Shown here: piece by piece, positions 22,840 to 34,720 of the stretch
Layout: the number at the start of each line of letters is the position of its first letter
How positions within the stretch are numbered: position 1 is the stretch's first letter
Assembly (NCBI RefSeq): GCF_963921235.1
Contig: NC_086097.1
Span: 127,598,001-127,662,000, forward strand
Length of the DNA stretch: 64,000 nucleotides
Source: Mobula hypostoma
Taxonomy: Eukaryota
Direction of reading: 5' to 3'
Made by a program: the position numbers and the translations under genes
The notes under the pieces: model-generated
Database searches by the model: none
Seen by the model: only the letters and a program-made list of their open reading frames with translations
What the model was told of the DNA's origin: nothing

Positions 22840-23348
22840 ATAAACAAGAGAAGATCTGCAGATGCTGGAAGTCCAAGCAACACACACAGAATGCTGGAGG
22901 AACTCACCAGGCCAGGCAGTATCTATGGACAAGAGTACAGTTGATGTTTTAGGCTGAGACCCTTCAGCAGGACTGGAGAATAAAAAGATGAGGTGTAGAT
23001 TTAAGAGGTGTGGAGAGGGGAGGGAGAAACACAAGGCGATAGGCAAAACTGGGGGGAGGGAGGGGTGAAGTAAAGAGCTGGGAAGTTGATTGGTGAAAGA
23101 GATACAGGGCTGAAGAAAGGGGAGTGTGATAGGAGAGGACTGAAGGCCATTGAAGAAAGAAAAGGGGGGAGGAACACCAGAGGGAGGTGATGGGCAGGCA
23201 AGAAGATAAGGTGAGAGAGCGAAAATGGGATGGGGAATGGTGAAGGAGAGGTGGGGGGCATTACCAGAAGTTCGAAAAATTGACGTTCATGCCATCAGGT
23301 TGGAGGCCACCCATATGGAATGTAAGGTATTGTTCCTTCAACCTGAGT
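22840..23348 (-). mobile_element. Penelope-like 3' fragment (GIY-YIG end + pseudo-LTR, decayed hammerhead at 22938-22975)
   Basis: Colinear with 5222-5750, including GGCATTAC...GTTCATGCCATCAGGTTGGAGG...AACCTGAGTG. Confidence 0.85.
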
Positions 23349-23367
23349 GACTATAGATACTTAATTA

Positions 23368-23660
23368 TATTTATTTGACACATATATATCGAAACATTGC
23401 AACATGGTGAAACGATCATTTGTGTGGATGATCAGCACAGTCTGAGGGTATGCTGGGGGCAGCTTATGGCACCAATGTAGCATGCCAACAACTTACTAAA
23501 CCTACCCATACAATTTATCATTTGGAATGTGGGAAGAAACCGGAGCACCCAGAGAAAACCCACATGGTTACAGTGAGAATGTACAAAACTCTGTAAAGAG
23601 GGCAGTGGGAGTTGAACACAGATTGTTGGTGCTATACGCTCACTGCTACACTACTGCACC
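23368..23660 (-). mobile_element. V-SINE
   Basis: TGTGGGAAGAAACCGGAGCACCCAGAGAAAACCCACATGG (reverse V-domain) and a reverse B box GGAGTTGAAC. Confidence 0.75.
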
Positions 23661-23679
23661 TCTCTTTTGCAGTCAGGGT

Positions 23680-23975
23680 TACAAGTACAGTTACAAATGT
23701 AGGAAAATTGGGCACTAATTTTATGCACGGCAAGCTACCACTGTCTGAAATGTGATCACGATCAAGTAATCTGTTATATCAACTGAGGCTTGAACGTAGG
23801 TCAGGCCATAGAAGGGAACTTTTCTACTCGTGAACTTTAATCTAAGGGTCAATGCAGGCCTTGGTTTAAGACCCATCTGGAAGACGGCATCTCCAGCATT
23901 GTTGCACCCCTTCACTAATGCTTTGGGAACACCACCCCAGGCTTTAGTGCATCCATGTTTGGAGTGGTGTTCTAA
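23680..23975 (-). mobile_element. Ancient Deu-domain SINE remnant (SacSINE1/AmnSINE1-like)
   Basis: GGCCTTGGTTTAAGACCCATCTGGAAGACGGCATCTCC and ATGTAGGAAA...AATTTTATGCACGGCAAG resemble the reverse strand of DeuSINEs as I recall them. Confidence 0.55.
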
Positions 23976-24704
23976 ATGCACAGACTCCTGGCTCCATTGA
24001 AACAGCTGTCGTGAACTGTATGCTTAGCAACAGGGCACCTGTTGAAAAGAGATTGGAAAAGCTCTTGTTTTGGTATATAGAAAAGAAAGGAAAAGAAAGG
24101 AATGGCAGAAGTTACAAAAGTTTGAAAATATGCACCCCAAAGTTCGAGGGTGTCTTCTATCCTGCTGTTAGGATACACTTGAGTGGATCTCTTGTATGAT
24201 AAAGATGAATTTGACTTTATAATCCACCTTGTTATGGCCTTTGTACCTGCACTTTCTCTGCAACTGTAACACAATATTCCGCATTCTGTTTTTTGCTTTT
24301 CCCATTAAGTACTGAGGTTTTGAAATAATCTGTATGGATGGTGTTCATTTCTATTTTGGTAAATGTGACAATATAAATCAGTTTACTAAATTAACAACAT
24401 GCTGTGCCACCTTCAAGGATTTTTCACAATTTTAGAAATATTATAAAAGGGATCGTGAAATAGAATATAGAGCCTTGTTGACTTTACCAGCAATGGTGTA
24501 ACTTTGGCACCATTATCCAGGAGCACAGATGTAGGCTCAATAAATACATTAAAAAAGTAATTCGATGAAGATTAAGATTATGATGTAGGGAGAAATAAGC
24601 CTAAATATTACACTGCCTAAAAGAAGAGGAAAGTCCCAACAACAACAGAAGAGAATATATGTTATATGTTTCAATGCTGTTAGTAATGCTGTCTTACAGC
24701 AATA

Positions 24705-26185
24705 ATATGTTGTAATGAGAGATGCAGAGGTAGCAGAGGAACTGAATGCATATTTTGCATCAGTCCTCACAGTGGAAGATATCTACAGTATACCAGACAT
24801 TCAAGAGTGTCAAGGAAGTGAAGTATGTGCAGTGAAAATTACAACTAAGAAGGTGCTCAGGAAGCTTAATGGTCTGAGAGTGGATAAATCTCCTGGACTT
24901 GATGGAATGCATCCTCTGGTTCTGAAGGAAGTAGCTGGAGAGATTGGGGAGGCACTTACAATGACCTTTCAAGAATCGATAGATTCTGGCATTGTACTGG
25001 ATGACTGGAAAATTGCAAATGTTAATCTGCTGTTTAAGAAAGGTGGGTGGCAGCAGAAAGGAAACCATAGACCTGTTAGCCTGACATCAGTGGTTGGGAA
25101 GTTGTTGGAATTGATTGTTAGGAATGTGATTACGGAGTACCTGGAGGCAAATAACAAGATAGGCCAAAGCCAGCATGGTTTGCTGAAAGGAAAATTTTGC
25201 CTGACAAGCCTACTGCAATTTTTTGAGGGAATTACAAGCAGGATAGGCAAAGGACCTGCAGTAGATGTGGTGTACTTGGATTTTCAGAAGGCCTTTGACA
25301 AGGTGCTGCACGTGAGGCTGCTTAGCAAGATAAGAGCCCGTGGAATTACAGGGAAGTTACTAGCATGGGTGGAGCATTGGCTGATCGGCAGAAAACAGAG
25401 TGGGAATAAAGGGATACTATTCTGGCTGGCTGCCGGTTACCAGTGGAGTTCCACAGGGACTGCTGTGGAATTGGGACTGCTGCATTTTATGATGTATGTC
25501 AATGATTATGGGACTATGGGATTAATGGATTTGTGGCTAAATTTGCCGATGATACAAAGATAGGCAGAGAAACTTGTAGTGTTGAGGAAGCAGAGAGCCT
25601 GCAGAGAGACTTAGATAGTTTAGGGGAATGGGTAAAGAAGTGGCAAATGAAATACAATGTTGGTAATCGTATGGTCATGCACTTTGGTGGAAGAAATAAA
25701 TGGACAGACTATTATTTAGATGGGGAGAGAATTCAAAATGCAGAGATGCAAAGGGACTTGGGAGTCCTTGTGCTGGATACCCTAAAAGTTAACCTCCAGC
25801 TTGAGTTGGTGGTGAAGAAGGCGAATGCAACGTTGGCATTCATTTCTAGAGGAATGGAGTATAGGAGCAGGGATGTGATGTTGAGGCTCTATAAGGCACT
25901 CGTGAGACCACACTTGGAGTATTGTGTGCAGTTTTGTGCTCCTTATTTTAGAAAGGATATACTGACATTGGAGAGGGTTCAGAGAAGATTCACGAGAATG
26001 ATTCCAGGAATGAAAGGTTTGCAGTATAGGGAACGTCTGGCAGCTCTTGGGCTGTATTCCCTGGAGGTCAGGAGAATGAGGGGGGAATCTCATAGAACCA
26101 TTCTGAATGCTAAAAGGCCTGAACAGATTAGATGTGGCCATGGTAGGGGATTCTAGGACAAGAGGACACAACTTCAGGATTGAAG
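24705..26185 (+). mobile_element. CR1 LINE ORF2 (RT) fragment
   Basis: KSPGLDG, NHRPVSLTS, QHGL, YLDFQKAFDKV, KFADDTK and RPHLEYCVQF are present. Frameshifts at ~25400-25530. Confidence 0.92.
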
Positions 26186-26189
26186 TCCA

Positions 26190-26915
26190 TGCAAACACAA
26201 ATCATGCAAGCAATAAAAGCAAGGAACCACATTCAGAACCAAACTGAGCCCGGAGCAGCCACAGTAGGCTATTAGCCTCAGTGTCAGTTGATCACACAGC
26301 GGGGAAGATTGCCACAAAGCTCACAGGCATGCAGCGTGGAGCAGCTGAAGCAGTCTCACAGCCTCAGTGCCACAGAGAGAGGAGTAAATGTCGTGGAAGA
26401 GCAAGGGGAATCAGTCCTGTCCTCTCCTGCGTTTTCAGCCTATCTGGACTGGCATTTAAATTGTCCAGACACTGGGCTGTCCCCGCGGTAGAAACCAGGC
26501 CCTGCTGCAGTGATACGATCTGGGCCTGTACCCCGGTGCCCAGCCTATGGCCATTCTCGACCTTTCCAAATCAGCTTGGCGCTTAGAATGATCCAATCTT
26601 GCTCTCAGTTTAGGAGGACACCCTCTGAAACTCCTCTGCACGGCCTCCTCTCCGAGTCACTCACTCCAACTCCATCTCTGTGTGGAACGTGCCTTGACCT
26701 TGCTTATCCTCGAACATGCCACACTCCGATTTTGCATCACACTGGCACGGCTCAACCCTCGAGTCAGCCTTGCCTTCACTGACCTCTTCATTGCTTGTAG
26801 TGATAGTTAACCACAACTTACCAAAGAAAAAGTGTTATTAATGAAGTATTTTGTCAAATTTCTTCCCTTACAGATCACCAGTAAGCTGTCGTCCAACTCA
26901 TTGCTGACATCAGCT
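26190..26915. mobile_element. Unclassified interspersed repeat (GC-richer, non-coding), possibly the body of a non-autonomous retroposon
   Basis: Sharp compositional change relative to flanks, CpG-containing, no credible ORF. Family not identified. Confidence 0.3.
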
Positions 26916-27182
26916 TTCTAGCATGGCAGCAAGCCTTTCCAAAGGGTCAGAGCTGCTTTTAACAAAGTTAAACTTCTAAGCAATATTCCTTGCTCATCTT
27001 CTTGTTCTAAACGAGTAAACAGTGTTGTCTTGGAGGCCCATATTAAATCAAAGGAAGATGGGTTTATGTTAATTGGCCAGATAACACTGGCTAATTTATT
27101 GGCACTATTGTGACTGAGTTCAAGGAAGCTTGCAGACCAGACTGAATTTCTCATTTAGAACATCAAACATGGTCAGAGGTAT

Positions 27183-29585
27183 AAACATAGAAAAATAGAA
27201 ACATAGAAAATAGGTGCAGGAGTAGGCCATTCGGCCCTTCGAGCCTGCACCGCCATTTATTATGATCATGGCTGATCCTCCAACTCAGAACCCCGCCCCA
27301 GCCTTCCCTCCATACCCCCTGACCCCCGTAGCCACAAGGGCCATATCTAACTCCCTCTTAAATATAGCCAATGAACTGGCCTCAACTGTTTCCCGTGGCA
27401 GAGAATTCCACAGATTCACCACTCTCTGTGTGAAGAAGTTTTTCCTAATCTCGGTCCTAAAAGGCTTCCCCTCTATCCTCAAACTGTGGCCCCTCGTTCT
27501 GGACTTCCCCAAGATCGGGAACAATCTTCCTGCATCTAGCCTGTCCAATCCCTTTAGGATCTTATATGTTTCAATCAGATGCCCCCTCAATCTTCTAAAT
27601 TCCAACGAGTACAAGCCCAGTTCATCCAGTCTTTCTTCATATGAAAGTCCTGCCATCCCAGGAATCAATCTGGTGAACCTTCTTTGTACTCCCTCTAAGG
27701 CAAGGATGTCTTTCCTCAGATTAGGGGACCAAAACTGCACACAATACTCCAGGTGTGGTCTCACCAAGGCCTTGTACAACTGCAGTAGTACCTCCCTGCT
27801 CCTGTACTCGAATCCTCTCGCTATAAATGCCAGCATACCATTCGCCTTTTTCACCGCCTGCTGTACCTGCATGCCCACTTTCAATGACTGGTGTATAATG
27901 ACACCCAGGTCTCATTGCACCTCCCCTTTTCCTAATCGGCCACCATTCAGATAATAATCTGTTTTCCTATTTTTGCCACCAAAGTGGATAACTTCACATT
28001 TACCCACATTAAATTGCATCTGCCATGAATTTGCCCACTCACCCAACCTTTCCAAGTCACCCTGCATCCTCTTAGCATCCTCCTCACAGCTAACACTGCC
28101 ACCCAGCTTCGTGTCATCCGCAAACTTGGAGATGCTGCATTTAATTCCCTCATCCAAGTCATTAATATATATTGTAAACAACTGGGGTCCCAGCACTGAG
28201 CCTTGCGGTACCCCACTAGTCACCGCCTGCCATTCTGAAAAGGTCCCGTTTATTCCCACTCTTTGCTTCCTGTCTGCTAACCAATTCTCCACCCACACCA
28301 ATACCTTACCCCCAATACCATGTGCTTTAAGTTTGCACACTAATCTCCTGTGTGGGACCTTGTCAAAAGCCTTTTGAAAATCCAAATATACCACATCCAC
28401 TGGTTCTCCCCTATCCACTCTACTAGTTACATCCTCAAAAAATTCTATGAGATTCGTCAGAAATGATTTTCCTTTCACAAATCCATGCTGACTTTGTCCG
28501 ATCATTTCACCGCTTTCCAAATGTGCTGTTATCACATCCTTGATAACTGACTCCAGCAGTTTCCCCACCACCGACGTTAGGCTAACCGGTCTATAATTCC
28601 TCGGTTTCTCTCTCCCTCCTTTTTTAAAAAGTGGGGTTACATTAGCCACCCTCCAATCCTCAGGAACTAGTCCAGAATCTAACGAGTTTTGAAAAATTAT
28701 CACTAATGCATCCACTATTTCTTGGGCTACTTCCTTAAGCACTCTAGGATGCAGACCATCTGGCCCTGGGGATTTATCTGCCTTCAATCCCTTCAATTTA
28801 CCTAACACCACTTCCCTACTAACATGTATTTCGCTCAGTTCCTCCATCTCACTGGACCCTCTGTCCCCTACTATTTCTGGAAGATTATTTATGTCCTCCT
28901 TAGTGAAGACAGAACCAAAGTAATTATTCAATTGGTCTGCCATGTCCTTGCTCCCCATAATCAATTCACCTGTTTCTGTCTGCAGGGGACCTACATTTGT
29001 CTTTACCAGTCTTTTCCTTTTTACATATCTATAAAAGCTTTTACAGTCTGTTTTTATGTTCCCTGCCAGTTTTCTCTCATTATCTTTTTTCCCCTTCCTA
29101 ATTAAGCCCTTTGTCCTCCTCTGCTGAACTCTGAATTTCTCCCAGTCCTCAGGTGAGCCACTTTCTCTGGCTAATTTGTATGCTTCTTCTTTGGAGTTGA
29201 TACTATCCCTAATTTGTCTTGTCAGCCACGGGTGCACTACCTTCCTTGATTTATTCTTTTGCCAAACTGGGATGAACAATTGTTGTAGTTCATCCATGCA
29301 ACCTTTAAATGCTTGCCATTGCATATCCACCGTCAATCCTTGAAGTGTCATTTGCCAGTCTATCTTAGCTAATTCACGTCTCATACCTTCAAAGTTACCC
29401 CTCTTTAAGTTCAGAACCTTTGTTTCTGAATTAACTATGTCACCCTCCATCTTAATGAAGAATTCCACCATATTATGGTCACTCTTACCCAAGGGGCCTC
29501 TCACGACAAGATTGCTAATTAACCCTTCCTCATTGCTCAAAACCCAGTCCAGAATAGCCTGCTCTCTGGTTGGTTCCTCGACATG
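27183..29585 (-). mobile_element. Young 5'-truncated CR1 LINE (EN C-terminus, complete RT, 3' UTR, (TTTCTATG)-type tail)
   Basis: ORFs 27912-29597 and 27285-27884 are in the same frame and separated by one TGA. Motifs SDH, PGPDG, QHGF, DFQKAFD, GVPQGSVLGP and KFADD are intact. Confidence 0.95.
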
Positions 29586-29899
29586 TAGATCAATCAATCA
29601 ATTATAGTTGATCAATCAATTGGGATATTTGTGTACTCAGGCAGTCAGTCCTCATAGTATTAATTTTGGATGTCCGGGATTTCAGTCCCCAGAAGCTTTT
29701 AGACCATCTGCGTGAATAACTTGTCCCAGCAAAGATGTCCGAAAAATGTCACATGCAGAAAATGTCAACTTATAGCCAAACAATATAAATGTTAGAAAGC
29801 ATTGGGGGTTGTTAGGAGTGACAAGGAGAATGACAGAAAGATGGAGAGACAGAAAGAAGAATTAAAATTCATTCCTCAGCCTTCAGTTTCTGTGACGTA

Positions 29900-30835
29900 T
29901 GACCTGATCGTTGTAAGAGTAGGCTCCCTCACCTCTCTCAATGCAGGAGTCTCTTCTTTTACTCCCTGTATACCCATGACTGTATCGCCACCTACAGCTC
30001 CAATCTGCTAATTAAATTTGCCGATGACACTACATTGATTGGCATTATCTCAAACAATAGCGAGGTGGCCAACAGGGAAGGAGTCATCTCTCTGACACAG
30101 TGGTGTCAAGAAAACAACCTCTCCCTCAATGTTGCAAAAACAAAGGAGCTGGTTGTGGATTACAGGAGGAATGGAAATGGGCTAACCCCTATTGACGTCA
30201 ATGGATCTGGGGTTGAGAGGGTAAACTACTTCAAGTTCCTCGGTATCCACATCACCAAGGATCTCATGTGGTCTGTGCACACCAGCTGTGTGGTGAAAAA
30301 AGCACAACAGCACCTCTTTCACATCAGACAGTTGATGAAGTTTGGTATGGGCCCCCAGATCCTAAGAACTTTCTACAGGGGCACAATTGAGAGTATCCTG
30401 ACTACCTGGTATGGGAACTGTACCTCCCTTAATCGCAAGACTCTGCAGAGAGTGGTGCGGACAGCCCAGCGCATCTGTAGTTGTGAACTTCTCATGTTTC
30501 AGGACATTTACAAGGACAGGTGTGTAAAAAGGGCTGAAGATTCATTGGGGACCCAAGCCACCCCAACCACAATCTGTTCCAGCTGCTGTCATCCAGGAAG
30601 CGGTACTGGAGCATAAAAGCCAAGACCAACAGGCTCCAGGACAGCTTCTTCCACCAGGCCATCAGAATGATGAACTCACACTGATTTGAGTGTACTCTAT
30701 ATTACATTGATTGTTCTATTTATTATAAATTATTATAAATTACTATGATTGCACATTGCATGTTTAGATGGAGAAGTAATGTAAAGATTTTTACTCCTCA
30801 GGTATGTGAAGGATGTAAGAAATAGAGTCAATTCA
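29900..30835 (+). mobile_element. Rex1/Babar LINE 3' fragment
   Basis: LYTHDC, KFADDTTLIG, WCQENNLSLNVAKTKELVVDYRR and FYRGTIESILT are present. 3' UTR ends AATTCAA. Confidence 0.88.
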
Positions 30836-31034
30836 ACTTGTTGGTATATTCTTTCAGTTTGTAAGAATTGTACCTGTGTTTGGAAATCCTTTGAAGTTTG
30901 TGAATCTTCTGTAATTTGGAAATCTTTTATAAATCAGAAATGCTCATTGGATTTTAGATGAACTATTTGCCTAAATCTAAACGTATCTCATTAAAAACTA
31001 ATTAAACTGTGCTTAAACTTTAATTTAAAACATA

Positions 31035-32958
31035 TGAATCCAGGGAGGGCCAATATCCTGGCAGGGATGTTTGCTGAGGCTATTGGAGAGAGTTTAAACG
31101 AGAATTGCTGGAGGGTGGGAACCAAACTGAAGAGACAGAGGAAGGAGTGGTTGGCTCACAAATGGAGAAAGCTTGGAGACAGTGTGAGAGGGAGGATAGG
31201 CAGGTGATAAAGAAGGGATACGCTCAGACCGATGGTTTGAGATGTGTCTATTTTAATGCAGAAGCATCATGAACAAAGTGGATGAGCTCAGAGCGTATAT
31301 CAGTACTTGGAGCTATGTTGTTGTGGCCATTACAGAGACTTGAATGGCTCAGGGGCAGGAATGATTACTTAGAGTGCCAGGCTTTAGCTGTTTCGGAAAG
31401 GACTGGGAGGGAGGCAAAATAGGTGGGGGCGTGACACTGCTGATCAGAGATCGTGTCACAGCTGCTGAAAAGGAGGAAGTCATGGAGGGATTGTCTACTG
31501 AGTCTCTGTGGGTGGAAGTTAGAAACAGGAAGGGGTCAATAACTCTACTGGGTGTTTTTTATAGACCATCCAATAGTAACAGAAACATCGAAGAGCAGAT
31601 AGGGAGACAGATTCTGGAAAGATGTAATAATAGCAGGGTTGTTGTGGTGGCAGATTCTAATTTCCCAAATATTGATTGGCATCTCCCTAGAGCAGGGGGT
31701 TTAGATGGGGTGGAGTTTGCTAGATATGTTCAGGACAGTTTCCTGACACAGTATGTAGATAAGCCTACAAGAGGAGAGTCTGTACTTGATGAACCTGGTC
31801 AGGTGTCAGGTCTCTCAGTGAGAAAGCGTTTTGGAGACAGTGATCACAATTCTACCTCCTTTACCATTGCATTGGAGAGGGATAGGAACAGACAAATTAG
31901 GAAAGCGTTTAATTGGAGTAAGGGGAAATATGATCTAACAGGCAGGAACTTGGAAGCATAAATTGGGAACAGGTGTTCTCAGGGAAATGTATGACGTGAG
32001 ATACTAGGACTAATCAAATGTGGCAGTGGAAAAGTGTATATGGCACCGGAGGAGATAGCAGAGGTACTAAATGAATACTTTGCTTCAGTATTCAATATCA
32101 GAAAAGGATCTTGGCGATTATAGGGATGATTTACAGCGGTTTGAAAAGCTTGAGTATATAGACATTAAGAAAGAGGACGTGCTGGAGATTTTGGGAAGCA
32201 TCAAGTTGGATAAGTCTCCGGGACCGGGCGAGCTATACCCTAGGCTGCTGTGGGAGACAAGGGAGGAGATTGCTGAGACTCTGGCGGTGATCTTTGCATC
32301 ATCAATGGGGATGGGAGAGGTTCTGGATGATTGGCGGGTGGCAGATGTTGTTCCCTTATTCAAGAAAAGGAGTAGAGATAGCCCGGGAAATTATCGACCA
32401 GTGAGTCTTACTTCAGTGACTGGTAAATTGATGGAAAAGTTCTTGAGAAGCAGGATTTATGAACATTTGGAGAGGCATAATATGATTAGGAATAGTCAGA
32501 ATGGCTTTGTCAAAATAAGGTCATGCCTTACGAGCCTGATTGAATTTGTTGAGGATGTCACAAAACACATTGATGAAGGTAGAGCAGTAGATGTAGTGTA
32601 GATGGATTTCAGCAAGGCATTTGATAAGGTACCCATGCAAGGCTTATTGAGAAAGTAAGGAGGCATGGGATCCAAGGGGACCTTGCTTTGTGGATCCAGA
32701 ACTGGCTTGCCCACAGAGGGCAAAGAGCGGTTGTACAAGGGTCATATTCTGCATGGAGGTCGGTGACCAGTAGTGTGCCTCAGGGATCTGTCCTGGGATC
32801 CCTTCTGTTTGTGATTTTATAAATGACCTGGATGAGGAAGTGGAAGGATGGGTTAGTAAATTTGCAGATGACACAAAGGTTGGGGGTGTTGTGGATAGTG
32901 TGGAGGGCCGTCAGAGGTTACAGCAGGACATCAATAGGGTGTAGAACTGGGCTGAGTC
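31035..32958 (+). mobile_element. CR1 LINE fragment (ORF1 end, APE endonuclease, RT) with deletions
   Basis: GGGVTL, YRPSN, DSNFP and GDSDHN (APE), then KSPGPG, NYRPVSLTS and KFADDTK. Confidence 0.9.
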
Positions 32959-33839
32959 TATGGGGAAAGATTTGGGAAATGGTGCTCATGTTGTTTATCC
33001 TTTAGGAGATAACTAACATTACAGGTTCAATGGCCTCCTATTTTGATATAACAATTCTATACTTCTATGATTTAAAGTGGTTTCTGTTGAGGTTGGAGAA
33101 GGGTGTTAGGAACTATTTAATGTTTGGATTATGAAAATGCTTGAATTTCAAAAGGTATTTAATTGATGGAATGTGTTTTGATATATCCTGAAATACAATA
33201 TAATTTCCTATACTTAAAAGAATTATCCCTGCATAAATGCTGTCAAATTGTACCACTTTTTAGGTTAATGATTTGGCGTGTCATTTGCTTTTCCTTCCCA
33301 TTGACTTGTTTTATCAAGGTAAAGTAAGAAATCCTGTGCAATAAATTCCACTATAAGCCTAGTCACTCTTCTGTGAAAATCAAAGTGACCCATTTATTGC
33401 TCGTGTCAGATTGTACCTTCCTCTGGAGGTTCCTGCTAGGTTAGAATTGCTCCTCCTTAGCTGTCAGACTATTCTGATGAACAAGTCCAAATCTCTTTTT
33501 AAAGGCAGTGTCAGAAGTATGAAATAATCAAATCATCTGGGGCGCTTAATCCAGGGTAACGATCTGTCCTTACAAGGTTGGACAACCTTTCCTGAAATTA
33601 AATTTGTTCTGGCACACTGGGAACTTTGGATCTTGGAAGGATGATTAGCAGGATTTAATCCTAACCAGACTCTTAACCAAAATTAATTGTGTTGTTTTCC
33701 TTTGGGAAATCTTTATCACCCAACAAACTGGATTGCACGGTATCCGTATTATTTTTAGGTACCAGTTTTGACTTCAGTTGGAACTGATCAGGCATGAGAT
33801 AATTTCCAGGTGAAATTGTGATAGATGCAAAATTGTCTT

Positions 33840-34370
33840 TGGTAGCATGTTAGTGAGACTGCACCTGCTATGTTGTGTGCAGATCTGGTTGCTGTACTAT
33901 AGGAAGGCTGTGATTAAGCTAGAGAAAGGTAGAAAATATTCACAAGGGTGCTGTCAGGACTGAAGAGTTTGTGTTGTGTTATGGATAGATTGGGACTGTT
34001 TACCCTGAAATGAAGGAGGCTGAGGGGTGAGAGTTTATATAATCATGAGGGTCATATATAGGGTAGATCTTATCACAGTCTTATGCCCTGGGAAATCAAT
34101 TAGAGGGCATGGTTTTGAAGTGAGAGGGGAAAGACTTAAAGGCGACTTGAGGAACAACTTTTTAGTGCAGAGAGGTCGGTGGGTGGATGGAATAAACTGG
34201 CAGAGGAAGTGGTAGAAGTGGGGGTAATTTCAATGTTTGAAAGAAATTTGGAGGGATAGGTCCAAATTTAGACTTTGATAGGAAAGGTTTGGAAGAATTT
34301 GTGCTGCATATAGGCAAAGGGGTTCAAGCTCATGAAGGCACTTCAGTCGTCATGGACAAGTTGAACCAAA
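33840..34370 (+). mobile_element. Old CR1 3' fragment
   Basis: Degenerate RLHL..CV, RRLRG and RGHGFEVRGERLKGDLRNNF. Confidence 0.65.
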
Positions 34371-34371
34371 G

Positions 34372-34720
34372 GGGATAATTTCACTCAACTTCACGACCCA
34401 TCATTAAAATGTTTCACAACCTATGGACTCGCTTTCAAGGACTCATCATCTCATGTTCTTCATATTTATTGCTTCTTTGTTTGCTTGTTTATCTATCAAT
34501 CAACTATTTTCAATTAATTAATTAATTCTTTTTGTATTTGCACAGTTTGTGTCTTTTGCACACTAGTTGAACACCAAAATTGGTGAGGTTTTTCATGTAT
34601 TCTATTATGGTTATTGGATTTATTGAGTATGCCCACAAGAAAAAGAGTCTCAGGGTTGTATATGGTGACATACAGTATATGTACTTTAATAATACATTTA
34701 CCTGGGACTTTGAATTTTGA
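34372..34720 (+). mobile_element. Rex1-type 3' UTR
   Basis: Matches 10355-10620 (CAACCTATGGACTC.CTTTCAAGGAC..., CTCAGGGTTGTATATGGTGACAT). Confidence 0.7.

Noticed and set aside
27262..28377. Plus-strand ORFs of 230 and 134 aa as genes
   Set aside because: They are antisense shadows of the minus-strand CR1 ORF2.
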